From NCBI GenBank assembly GCA_951406725.2, contig OX597831.1, positions 5,952,001 to 6,016,000 of the forward strand: 64,000 bases of DNA, written 5' to 3'. The stretch's first letter is position 1; each line of letters starts with the position of its first letter. Positions 27,501-36,423 of this stretch are shown piece after piece. Under the pieces are notes generated by a model. It did not search any database and had not been told where the DNA came from. It saw only the letters and a list, made by a program, of their open reading frames with translations. Origin of the DNA: Octopus vulgaris. Its lineage: Eukaryota. The translations under genes were made by a program, and so were the position numbers.

Positions 27501-29466
27501 ATAGAAAACCTTTCTCACCTTTGAAGAATTTTTGATTTGTTTCTCCTCCTGATTCTTGAAATGATTCTGTGACTTCTTTTTGATTTCAAAATCATCATTT
27601 CCAAAGATTGAATCTAACATTGTTGAGATTGATGAGGAGAAAATATCCCTCTGGGAACTACGAGTTGGTGAAAAATGGTCGGCATCAACTGACTCTTTGG
27701 AAAGCTTTCTTCGGAAAGGACTGGATTCTGATACTTTTGCACCACTGGTTTTAGCCGAATCCTTTGCTGGTTTTTGAGGTGGAGACAGACTGAAAAGTTC
27801 GGTCGAATAAGTTTTGACCGAGTGAGGAAGATGCTGACCAGAAAAGAGGTCAGCGCTCTCAGGTTGAGCAATAATTTCATCTGGTGGTGTTTCATATAAT
27901 CCAGGAACTGGTTTGTTTCTTTGAAATTCTTCTGTTCTGTCATTACAGAATTTTTTCTGTTGCTGGACGGCATCAGCAGAATGTGTGAGCTGAGCTGTTT
28001 GTAGAGCACTTTGCTGCCTGTCGTACTGTGTGGTAATTCCAGAAATATCAAGTTCTGCTAGATCAGCATCACTGTTCTCAAATAAATCTCTCTCATCATC
28101 ACAATCACCATCGTCTATTAAAATATCCTGAAAATAAAATAAAACGTTCCAAAGAAAAGTATGTAAATATTCTTATATGTTAATTTATATTCTAGTGACT
28201 ACACTATTAACTGTTTAGCATTTGAACCGGTCATCCCTACCAAAATATTCTTTTCTACTCTAGACACAAGGCCCAAAATTATGGAGGAGGGGACCAGTTA
28301 ATTAGATTGACTCCAGTACACAACTGGTACTTAATTTATCAATCCCAAAAGGATGAAAGGCAAAGTTGACCTCGGTGGAATTTGAACTCAGAACGTAAAG
28401 ACAGACAAAATACCACTAAGTATTTCGCCCGGTGAGCTAACGTTTCTTATTTCTTTATTGCCCACAAGGGGTTAAACATAGAGGGGACAAAAAAGGACAG
28501 ACAAAGAGATTAAGTCGATTATATCGACCCCAGTGCGTAACTAGTACTTAATTTATCGACCCCGAAAGGATGAAAGGCAAAGTTGACCTCGGCGGAGTTT
28601 CAACTTAGAATGTGATGACAGAAGAAATACCGCTAAGCATTTCGTCTGGCGTGCTAACGTTTCTGCCAGCTCACTGTCTGGCCAAAGTATTCTGCCAGAT
28701 GTATGTTCAAACTGGCCAGATCCAGCCTCTCACACCTACCCAACAGTGACATTCTAACAATAAACAGTTACATCATCAAGCATCTATTTTTCACTGACAC
28801 AAGAGGCCAAGCAAAAGAAGCTTACCAAGAAGCTCATGATGACCCATTTTTTCGACAGCAAGAACAGCATCTACATCCACAGAGTTTCTACTCACCAGAT
28901 GTTCAACAAAAAGTACTTTTATGAAGATTTTGAGGGAGTTCAGGAAGAGATTTCATTACAAAAGACCAGAGAGCATCTGAACCAGGACAATGCACCACTC
29001 CACGATTCCATCCTAGTAACCAACAACTTAACAGAAATAGGCATCAAATCTGTCCCTCACCCTCCCTCCAGTCCTAACCATGCTCCCTGTAACTTTTGGT
29101 TGTTTTCCCAAGATGAGGCAGATGAAGGAGGCTGTGACCCCTTTAGATACCTTCGGTTTGGAAGACTTTCATGAGGCCTTCATGAAGTGGCCAGAGCACT
29201 ACAACAAATGCAATGAAGTCATCATATCTTACTTTGAAGGAGATTAGAGTTTTGTACTTCTTTGAAATTAATAAATTAATTAATTAATTAATTAGGCGTA
29301 GGAGTGGCTGTGTGGTAAGTAGCTTGCTTACCAACCACGATTCCGGGTTCAGTCCCACTGTGTGGCACCTTGGGCAAGTGTCTTCTACTATAGCCTCGGG
29401 CCGACCAAAGCCTTGTGAGTGGATTTGGTAGACGGAAACTGAAAGAAGCCCGTCGTATATATGTAA

Positions 29467-29498
<32 letters not shown>

Positions 29499-30488
29499 GT
29501 GTCTGTGTTTGTCCCCCCAACATCACTTGACAACCGATGCGGTTCAGCAAAAGAGACCGATAGAATAAATACTAGGCTTACAAAGAATAAGTCCTGCAGT
29601 CGATTTGATCAACTAAAGGCGGTGCTCCAGCATGGCCGCAGTCAGATGACTGAAACAAGTAAAAGAGTAAAGAGTAAATGTCACTCCTGGAAAAGTCTCA
29701 AAACTTCTGGAATGTAATACAGGTACACTATAAAGCAGTAATAAGTTTGAGGAATCATGTCTTTCGTTTCTTTTGTAGAGAAACCAACTTTAACCCACCT
29801 CTAAATGTATATGTTGAACTAGAGGTAAAAATTAATGAAGGTGTAGCGGTCTCTGATATCCTCACTGTTTGAGAGACACGGCAGGAATGATCTCGTTTGA
29901 GATTACAGCCATCTTTGGCCGAGTTGTTCCTGTTGTAACCACTGACCTGATTGGTTGACATGTGGCGCGATTTGTCTCTACTTATTTCGCGCCACTGGCC
30001 AAAGCCAACCAATCACAGCCTTTGGTTAAGGTCCCTTTTTCCTAGGCTCTGTTGAGCCACCTTACCTATTTCCTACAAAGGTAAATAAATCATATATAAT
30101 TTTTCACAGTGTCAATAAAGGAAAACTTTTTTTTAAGAAATACCTGAGATAAAGGTGTTGATGACAGTTTTTTAGATTCTTTTCTACGGTAGCCACTTGT
30201 TTTTATTGGAGATATCACCTGTTCTGGATTTTGGGGATTCGGGATGTTTGCATAACCTTCCTCCGCAAATGTGCTCTTAAACCAAATTTGTTTCTTTTGA
30301 GGGGAAATTTTTGATGGTGAAGCTTTAGTGGCATCTTTTGGTGAACATTGTGATGATGAGCTTTCTGTTTGATTATCTTCAGTCTTCCTTCTGCTTGCTG
30401 ACGGAAACTGAAAGCTATAATGAGACAATGCTCTTTTCTGTACTCTCGCCTTACGGCATGGACCTTCCTCAATAAAGTCATCATTCAT
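1733..30488 (-). CDS. HELQ: Helicase POLQ-like (HELQ/HEL308), 17 coding exons in window, 3' end beyond the left edge
   Basis: Join (minus): 30488-30144, 28127-27519, 25877-25559, 23789-23611, 22688-22488, 21316-21241, 19028-18931, 17718-17617, 16348-16194, 14872-14633, 13499-13358, 12173-12069, 9465-9213, 7865-7708, 5718-5620, 4161-3988, 1846-1733. All GT-AG, phases match, 3369 nt open. Motifs: [69 protein letters not shown]. The start ATG is inferred because the frame is open up to the acceptor at 30534. Confidence 0.95.
2173..2218 (+). ncRNA. Minimal type I hammerhead ribozyme motif
   Basis: Stem I GACAC/GTGTT, core CUGAUGA, stem II GGCT/AGCC, GAAA, palindromic ACGT stem III, cleavage triplet GUU. 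Confidence 0.65.
2808..3418. mobile_element. hAT MITE with a nested fold-back retroposon
   Basis: TIRs CAGTGGTTCTCAA / TTGAGAACCCCTG; degenerate 8-bp TSD. Confidence 0.65.
3988..4161 (-). CDS. HELQ: HELQ exon 16
   Basis: [32 protein letters not shown], phase 0/0. Confidence 0.93.
5245..5547 (+). mobile_element. tRNA-derived SINE family E
   Basis: TGGCCTAGTGG A box, GGTTCGAATC B box, (AAAC) tail, 15-bp TSD ACTCTCCCAAAATTG; relatives at 42172-42520, 43670-43925, 49163-49460. Confidence 0.85.
5620..5718 (-). CDS. HELQ: HELQ exon 15
   Basis: [26 protein letters not shown], phase 0/0. Confidence 0.9.
5824..6218 (-). mobile_element. SINE family A copy
   Basis: Full-length match to the other copies. 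Confidence 0.85.
6812..7259 (+). repeat. 7 near-identical 64-bp tandem units inside a family C element
   Basis: Unit GAGTGTGGTCGTTACCAGTGCCGCTGGACTGGCTCCCATGCAGGTAG(C/T)A(C/T)GTGAAAACACCTTT starting at 6812, 6876, 6940 and so on; no spacers. Confidence 0.95.
7708..7865 (-). CDS. HELQ: HELQ exon 14
   Basis: [32 protein letters not shown], phase 1/0. Confidence 0.92.
8015..8407 (+). mobile_element. Non-autonomous Helitron
   Basis: A|TC 5' end, 3' hairpin CCCG-AGCAACGC-CGGG followed by CTAG|T; same family as 58923-59723. Confidence 0.8.
9213..9465 (-). CDS. HELQ: HELQ exon 13 (winged-helix region)
   Basis: [18 protein letters not shown], phase 0/1. Confidence 0.9.
9541..10130 (-). mobile_element. 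Retroposon family C with (GAT)n tail and internal ~60-bp tandem subunits
   Basis: Conserved 3' part GAGTGGTTGGCGTTAGGAAGGGCATCCAGCTGTAGAAAC..CCCATGCTAGCATGG..(GAT)n. Other copies: 2448-2710, 6772-7440, 10929-11600, 11608-11972, 23037-23337, 23990-24600, 26496-26686, 30620-31186, 34238-34470, 37950-38583, 54885-55280, 59913-60066. Confidence 0.8.
10368..10760 (+). mobile_element. SINE family A copy
   Basis: Full-length match to the other copies. Confidence 0.85.
11121..11372 (+). repeat. 20-bp tandem repeat (GCGGCACAGGAGCCAGTCAG) in two duplicated blocks
   Basis: Directly visible, within a family C element. Confidence 0.85.
12069..12173 (-). CDS. HELQ: HELQ exon 12
   Basis: [25 protein letters not shown], phase 0/0. 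Confidence 0.9.
13358..13499 (-). CDS. HELQ: HELQ exon 11 (motif VI)
   Basis: [30 protein letters not shown], phase 2/0. Confidence 0.95.
14073..14595. mobile_element. Tc1/mariner-superfamily MITE
   Basis: TIRs CCGTAAATCCTTGAGTATA / TATACTCAAGGATTTATGG flanked by TA. Confidence 0.8.
14633..14872 (-). CDS. HELQ: HELQ exon 10 (motif V)
   Basis: [32 protein letters not shown], phase 2/2. Confidence 0.95.
16194..16348 (-). CDS. HELQ: HELQ exon 9 (motif IV)
   Basis: [32 protein letters not shown], phase 0/2. Confidence 0.95.
17617..17718 (-). CDS. HELQ: HELQ exon 8
   Basis: [20 protein letters not shown], phase 0/0; A-rich acceptor TTTTAAAAAAAG. Confidence 0.88.
18234..18650 (+). mobile_element. 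SINE family B with a tandem partial duplicate
   Basis: Full copy followed by a 5'-truncated second body. Confidence 0.8.
18931..19028 (-). CDS. HELQ: HELQ exon 7 (motif III)
   Basis: [18 protein letters not shown], phase 1/0. Confidence 0.95.
20144..20687 (+). mobile_element. Non-autonomous Helitron (second family)
   Basis: A|TC start, imperfect 3' hairpin CCCGGACAAAGCCAGG then ATACTGCTAG|T. Confidence 0.65.
21241..21316 (-). CDS. HELQ: HELQ exon 6 (completes DELH)
   Basis: [20 protein letters not shown], phase 0/1. Confidence 0.93.
21491..21715 (+). mobile_element. Retroposon family D: tRNA-like head, (AAT)n, hammerhead-bearing Penelope-like tail
   Basis: A/B boxes, then GACAC-CTGATGA-A-GGCTG..CAGCC-GAAA. 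Other copies: 1898-2287, 4240-4475, 13655-13998, 39157-39780, 42728-43283. Confidence 0.75.
21729..22445. mobile_element. Three adjacent TTAA-flanked MITEs (piggyBac/Kolobok-type): 21729-21957, 21979-22208, 22266-22445
   Basis: TTAA at both ends of each; TIRs of type CCCTTTCGTTACC (first two, near-duplicates) and CCCCTTACCC (third). Confidence 0.7.
22488..22688 (-). CDS. HELQ: HELQ exon 5
   Basis: [30 protein letters not shown], phase 0/0. Confidence 0.93.
23611..23789 (-). CDS. HELQ: HELQ exon 4 (Q motif, Walker A)
   Basis: [31 protein letters not shown], phase 1/0. Confidence 0.95.
24646..24934. repeat. A/T-tract low-complexity array (TTTTCGAAAA / AAAATTTT)
   Basis: Repeated AAAATTTT with ~11-12 bp spacing. 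Confidence 0.85.
25559..25877 (-). CDS. HELQ: HELQ coding exon 3
   Basis: ..[27 protein letters not shown]|GTGAG donor, phase 0/1. Confidence 0.92.
26226..26496. repeat. (TG)n/(TATG)n microsatellite
   Basis: Long pure TATG run at 26353-26496. Confidence 0.95.
27056..27460 (+). mobile_element. SINE family A copy
   Basis: Full-length match to the other copies. Confidence 0.85.
27519..28127 (-). CDS. HELQ: HELQ coding exon 2 (acidic/Ser-rich)
   Basis: 609-nt open frame [24 protein letters not shown] acceptor, AAG|GTGAG donor, phase 0/0. Confidence 0.8.
28800..29270 (+). mobile_element. Decayed mariner transposase fragment
   Basis: FFDSK.., [25 protein letters not shown] (degenerate HDNAxxH and HPPYSPDLAPxDF). 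Confidence 0.85.
29295..29677 (+). mobile_element. SINE family A copy
   Basis: Match with an internal deletion. Confidence 0.85.
30144..30488 (-). CDS. HELQ: HELQ coding exon 1 (low-complexity N-terminus)
   Basis: Acceptor TTTCAG with exon starting at 30534, ATG at 30488 (MNDDFIEEG..), donor CAG|GTATTT, phase 0. Confidence 0.7.
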
Positions 30489-31472
30489 AGCAGTCCCTAT
30501 CAAGGGTGCATGAACTAACAGCAGGCAGACAGATCTGAAATAAGTTATGCGCATATATTAGCTAAACCAAAATCAAATCAAATCAAATCAAATCAAAACA
30601 AATCAAAATAGATGAACATCTTGTGAAGACCTGTTGAGGCAAGTGAAAATCAAAATCAAAATCAAATCAAATCAAATCAAAATAGATGAACATCAATGGA
30701 ATTTGTATCTTTGTGGTACCAGTGCCGGTGGCATACAAGAAAACCATCCGAACGTGGCCGTAGCCAGTACCGCATCAACTGGCCTCCGTGCTGTGGGCAC
30801 GTAACAAACACCATCCGATCGTGGCCGTTCGCCAGCCTCACCTGGCACCTGTGTCGGTGGCACATAAAAACACCATCCGAGCGTGGCCGTCTGCCAGCCT
30901 CGTCTGGCACTGTGTCAGTGACACATAAAAAAAAAAAAGAAAAAAAAAAACACCATCCGAGCGTGGCCATTCGCCAGCCTCGTCTGGCACCTGTGTCGGT
31001 GGCACATAAAATCACCCACTACACTCTCAGAGTGGTTGGCGTTAGGAAGGGCATCCAGCTGTAGAAACACTGCCAGATCTGACTGGCCTGGTGCAGCCTT
31101 CGGGCTCCTCAGACCCCAGTTGAACCGTCCAACCCATGCTAGCATGGAAAGTGGACGTTAAATGATGATGATGATGATGATGATGATACAAGACAAATGG
31201 AATACAATGCAATATTTGCTGTAAACTCTAACAAAAACTATTTTTTGGGTTCATATTCCATCAGAGACGACTTCACCTTTCCTCACTGCATCCGTCTGGA
31301 AAAGTAACTGTCACTCACAAACTAGTTTCTTTGAGATTTGCCTCTAAACTTTCATCCTGTATTGATCCCTCCTGTTTGAACTTGGAATCGTGGACAGGCT
31401 AAAATTATGAAACATGGTAACATTAGCCAAATCACAAGCCCAAATCCTAAGAGAATATTTTAGAACAGCAAA

Positions 31473-33088
31473 CCCGTCCACCCAGATAACCCATCCACCC
31501 AGATGTCCTATCCACCCAGATGTCCTATCCACCCAGATGTCCCATCCACCCAGATGTCCCATCCACCCAGATGTCCTATCCACCCAGATGTCCCATCCAC
31601 ACAGATAACCCATCCACCCAGATGTCCCATCCACCCAGATATCCCATCCACCCAGATGTCCCATCCACCCAGATATCCCATCCACCCAGATGTCCCATCC
31701 ACCCAGATAACCCATCCACCCAGATAATCCATCCACCCAGATATCCCATCCACCCAGATATCCCATCCACCCAGATGTCCCATCCACCCAGATGTCCCAT
31801 CCACCCAGATATCCCATCCACCCAGATAACCCATCCACCCAGATGTCCCATCCACCCAGATAACCCATCCACCCAGATAATCCATCCACCCAGATGTCCC
31901 ATCCACCCAGATGTCCCATCCACCCAGATGTCCCATCCACCCAGATATCCCATCCACCCAGATATCCCATCCACCCAGATGTCCCATCCACCCAGATGTC
32001 CCATCCACCCAGATAACCCATCCACCCAGATTTCCCATCCACCCAGATATCCCATCCACCCAGATAACCCATCCACCCAGATGTCCCATCCACCCAGATA
32101 ACCCATCCACCCAGATTTCCCATCCACCCAGATATCCCATCCACCCAGATATCCCATCCACCCAGATGTCCCATCCATCCACCCAGATATCCCATCCACC
32201 CAGATAACCCATCCACCCAGATGTCCCATCCACCCAGATAACCCATCCACCCAGATTTCCCATCCACCCAGATATCCCATCCACCCAGATATCCCATCCA
32301 CCCAGATGTCCCATCCATCCACCCAGATATCCCATCCACCCAGATAACCCATCCACCCAGATAACCCATCCACCCAGATGTCCCATCCACCCAGATGTCC
32401 CATCCACCCAGATAACCCATCCACCCAGATGTCCCATCCACCCAGATAACCCATCCACCCAGATTTCCCATCCACCCAGATATCCCATCCACCCAGATAT
32501 CCCATCCACCCAGATGTCCCATCCATCCACCCAGATATCCCATCCACCCAGATAACCCATCCACCCAGATAACCCATCCACCCAGATTTCCCATCCACCC
32601 AGATATCCCATCCACCCAGATATCCCATCCACCCAGATGTCCCATCCACCCAGATAACCCATCCACCCAGATAACCCATCCACCCAGATAACCCATCCAC
32701 CCAGATATCCCATCCACCCAGATGTCCCATCCACCCAGATGTCCCATCCATCCACCCAGATATCCCATCCACCCAGATAACCCATCCACCCAGATAACCC
32801 ATCCACCCAGATTTCCCATCCACCCAGATATCCCATCCACCCAGATATCCCATCCACCCAGATATCCCATCCACCCAGATAACCCATCCACCCAGATAAC
32901 CCATCCACCCAGATAACCCATCCACCCAGATATCCCATCCACCCAGATATCCCATCCACCCAGATAATCCATCCACCCAGATATCCCATCCACCCAGATG
33001 TCCCATCCACCCAGATGTCCCATCCACCCAGATAACCCATCCACCCAGATATCCCATCCACCCAGATATCCCATCCACCCAGATAACC
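31473..33088. repeat. 17-bp minisatellite, about 95 units
   Basis: Unit CCCATCCACCCAGAT(AT/GT/AA/TT) with occasional 21-bp variants. Confidence 0.97.
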
Positions 33089-34037
33089 AACACATCTTCT
33101 GGCATATTACAATTACATTTTGTGGCAGTCATCAAAAACGTCAGTAAATATCAAAAGATCAGCTTTGGTCTTTGTGCCAAAATACAAATATTTCAAAACA
33201 TTCACCATTCTGTTATAGAAGACTGCAATTCAATCTCTCATCAGAGATATCTTAACAGCGAAGTCAGGCTGTTAAAAGGCATTCTCTTTCCTTTCTCTTT
33301 CACTTGCATCATTTTCTGTCACTCTTTCTCTCCAATATATGCAAGAGTCAGCAAACACGAGTATGATATACATTGCTTTTTCAGCATTCTTTTGTTAGAA
33401 ACATACATCTTTTTTGTATGTATGTGTGCGTGCATGTTTGTGTGAGAGAGAACAAGTGAGTGCCACTTACACATATATGCAAAAATATATATACACGACA
33501 ACACACACCTTCACTCACACTCTCTCTCTCTTCCTCACACATGCGCACGTGCACACACACACACGTCCATTTCATATACACGTACTTTCATCTTTAACTT
33601 TCTGCTCTCCCTTCAAAGCAAATATTGCCTTTTCACTTTCTCCTCCCTTTCAATTTCCACTCTCACTTGAAAGCAAATGTTGCCTTCCAAAGGGGAGTAA
33701 GGAGATAAAAATTTTTTACAGAAATTAACGTACAATCATATGATCAAGATGACAGCTAAGGCGACATTTGCTTTGAAGTGAGAACAGAAATTGAAAGAGA
33801 GGAGAAAGTGAAAAGGCGACATTTGCTTTGAGGTGAGAGCTGAAAGTGAAAGATGTATGTATGTGTATATGAAATGTGTGTGCATGTGTGTGAGTGAGTG
33901 AGTGAAGGTATGTGTTTTTTTTGCCTGTATGTGTAAGTGGCTCTCTCTCTCTCTCACGCATACACACACACACACACATTACCTTTCATATACAAATACA
34001 TACATAAATACATATGTATACATCTTTTTCGTATGTA

Positions 34038-34069
<32 letters not shown>

Positions 34070-34827
34070 GATGAGAGAGAATGAGTGAGTGCCACTTAGA
34101 TATACATGCAATAAAAAATACACACACCTTCACTCTCTCTCACACTCTCTCTCTCTCTCTCACACACACACACGTACATACATACAAAAAAGATGTATGC
34201 AAATGTATTTAAAGAATGCCCTTTTCCTACCTCTCTTGCTAGCATGTGTTGGACGGTTCGACCGGGGATCTGGGAAGCCAGAAGGCTGCACCAGGCTCCA
34301 GTCTTATCTCGCAATGTTTCTACAGCTGGATGCTCTTCCTAACGCCAACCACTCCGTGAGTGTAGTGGGTGCTTTTTACGTGCCACTTGCACTGGTGCCA
34401 GGCGAGGCTGGCATCGGTCACGGTCGGATTGGTGCATTTTACGTGCCACCTGCACATTTTACGTGCCACCTACACAAAAGAAATAAATATTTTAATATGC
34501 TCTTATCCAGTTATCAACTCCACTCCTTGCTACATTTTTACTTTTCGATGATTATTTTCTTCAAACATCGATACAGGCCCCGAAGCTTTTCTCATCGTCG
34601 TTCATTCACCACACCACTAAACCTTATACTCAGGGCTCGTCTTAACAGTATCATCAACTGTATCAGATCCCGGGCAAATCAGTGAACGGGCCCCAATAAT
34701 ACATATTCACTGACAGCAAGCCACAGTAGATACAAATGAGAATTGAGTCCCTAGATCTGTGTCCTACTACCGGACAGCTGTCTAACGTACCCTTGCCCTT
34801 AAAACGGTACTAGTTATAATCGGAAAA

Positions 34828-35060
34828 GGCGGCGAGCTGGCAGAATCGTTAGGACGCCGGGCGAAATGCTTTGCGGTATTTCGTCTGTATTTACGTTCTG
34901 AGTTCAAATTCCGCCGAGGTCGACTTTGCCTTTCATCCTTTCGGGGTCGATAAATTAAGTACCAGTTACGCACTGGGGTCGATGTAATCGACTCAATCCG
35001 TTTGTCTGTCCTTGTTTGTCCCCTCTGTGTTTAGCCCCTTGTGGGTAGTAAAGAAATAGA
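34828..35060 (+). mobile_element. tRNA-derived SINE family B (Nin/Deu-like core)
   Basis: GGCGGCGAGCTGGCAGAA..GAGTTCAAATTCC..GCCTTTCATCCTTTCGGGGTCGATAAA; 18-bp TSD TACTAGTTATAATCGGAA. Other copies: 18234-18650, 19403-19637, 28260-28675, 37178-37408, 46670-46885, 50115-50344, 61228-61445, 63629-63858. Confidence 0.88.
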
Positions 35061-35322
35061 TACTAGTTATAATCGGAATAAAAGAAGAAATAAATTAACT
35101 GTCTCTCATTGCTTTACTCTTTTTTCTGTTTAATTAAGTTCGGATTAACATCAAGCACACACAAAACTCCGGCCAGAAAAGCTGTCAAAACTTGTTTAAA
35201 CAAGTAAACTATTAATTAAAATATATCTTTAAGAAAACTTTTATAGGAATTTAAAAGAAAAGAATCCAGCAAAAAAAAATACAACGGACAGATACGATGG
35301 CTTGAAATATTAGAAAACTAAC

Positions 35323-35572
35323 CTTTTCTTGTTTTGTTTTCTTTTGTTTTACATCAGAATGTGTTGAATTTGTTTACATTATTAGAATTGTTGGATCACA
35401 TCTGCCAAAAATTTGAAAATGTAAATAAAAACTTTTTCTGCTGAGGAAAAAATGTTTGTTTCGTTATTCGACTCTCAAATTAACGCGGGTCACTTATATC
35501 AATGACAAAATTAAATTACACTAAATTAAACACTTTTCATTGATGATATTTATACGTGTAAGTTATACACAA

Positions 35573-35635
<63 letters not shown>

Positions 35636-35770
35636 CACATCCATAAACACTGATAGAGAGTGAGAGGGTGGGGCGATTTTATTTTTTATTGTTCTAAGCG
35701 GTTTCATAGTCGGACCCAGACCGCAAAACGATTTTTAAGTAAATGTTGTTCTGATTGATGAATCTGTCAG
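35323..35770. promoter_or_regulatory. Putative bidirectional promoter and non-coding first exons of HELQ (-) and the CYREN-like gene (+)
   Basis: Unique CpG-containing DNA between divergent genes. Outward-facing donors: AAG|GTTAGT on minus (35322) and CAG|GTAATA on plus (35771). GC box GGGTGGGGCG near 35666 and a central (TG)n. Inferred, no transcript data. Confidence 0.45.
35575..35632. repeat. (TG)n microsatellite in the putative bidirectional promoter
   Basis: Pure TG run. Confidence 0.95.
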
Positions 35771-36231
35771 GTAATACGACTTATTTATTGTCTTTGCTTT
35801 GTTTTTTTTCCACCCGGCTCTTCTTCCCTCCCAAGATGAAGTCCCAAACAAGAAACAGTTCATTACAATTATCATTAAAAAAACGAACGAACATCACACG
35901 ATCCTATCTCTTATTGTTATTGTTTAGCACCAGTTCAACCACCCCGCCAATAAAAGTTGTTCCAATCGTTATTATCCAGTGTTTTATTGCGACAGTGTAT
36001 CTAGGAGTATAATCTCCAATGCATCCGCTCTATATTTGTTGGTCGTATTTGACTGATCATGCTGGAGCACCACCTTTAGTCGAACAATTCGACCCCAGGA
36101 CTTATTCGTAGTAAGCCTAGTACTCATTCTATCGGTCTCTTTCGCCAAACTAAGTTACGGGGACACAAACAAACCAACATCGATTGTCAAGCGATGGTGG
36201 GAGGACAAACACAGACACAAACATATATATA

Positions 36232-36269
<38 letters not shown>

Positions 36270-36382
36270 GGGAGAATTTGCGAAAAAAACATAAGACGAA
36301 GACAGGTGGTGTGCAAAACAAACAGATGTATTAGTATAACGCTCAGGAATAGAAAAAGTCTTTTACGTTTCGAGCCTACGCT

Positions 36383-36423
<41 letters not shown>

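Noticed and set aside
1733-30488. POLQ rather than HELQ
   Set aside because: The long N-terminal extension, GPFYGLP and VEEYAGSKG motifs fit HELQ; the 3' end is outside the window, so the lack of a polymerase domain is not directly seen.
31344-33135. 500-580 aa Gly/Trp-rich ORFs
   Set aside because: All three minus frames are open with the same 17-aa period, as expected from a stop-free 17-bp minisatellite; no coding evidence.
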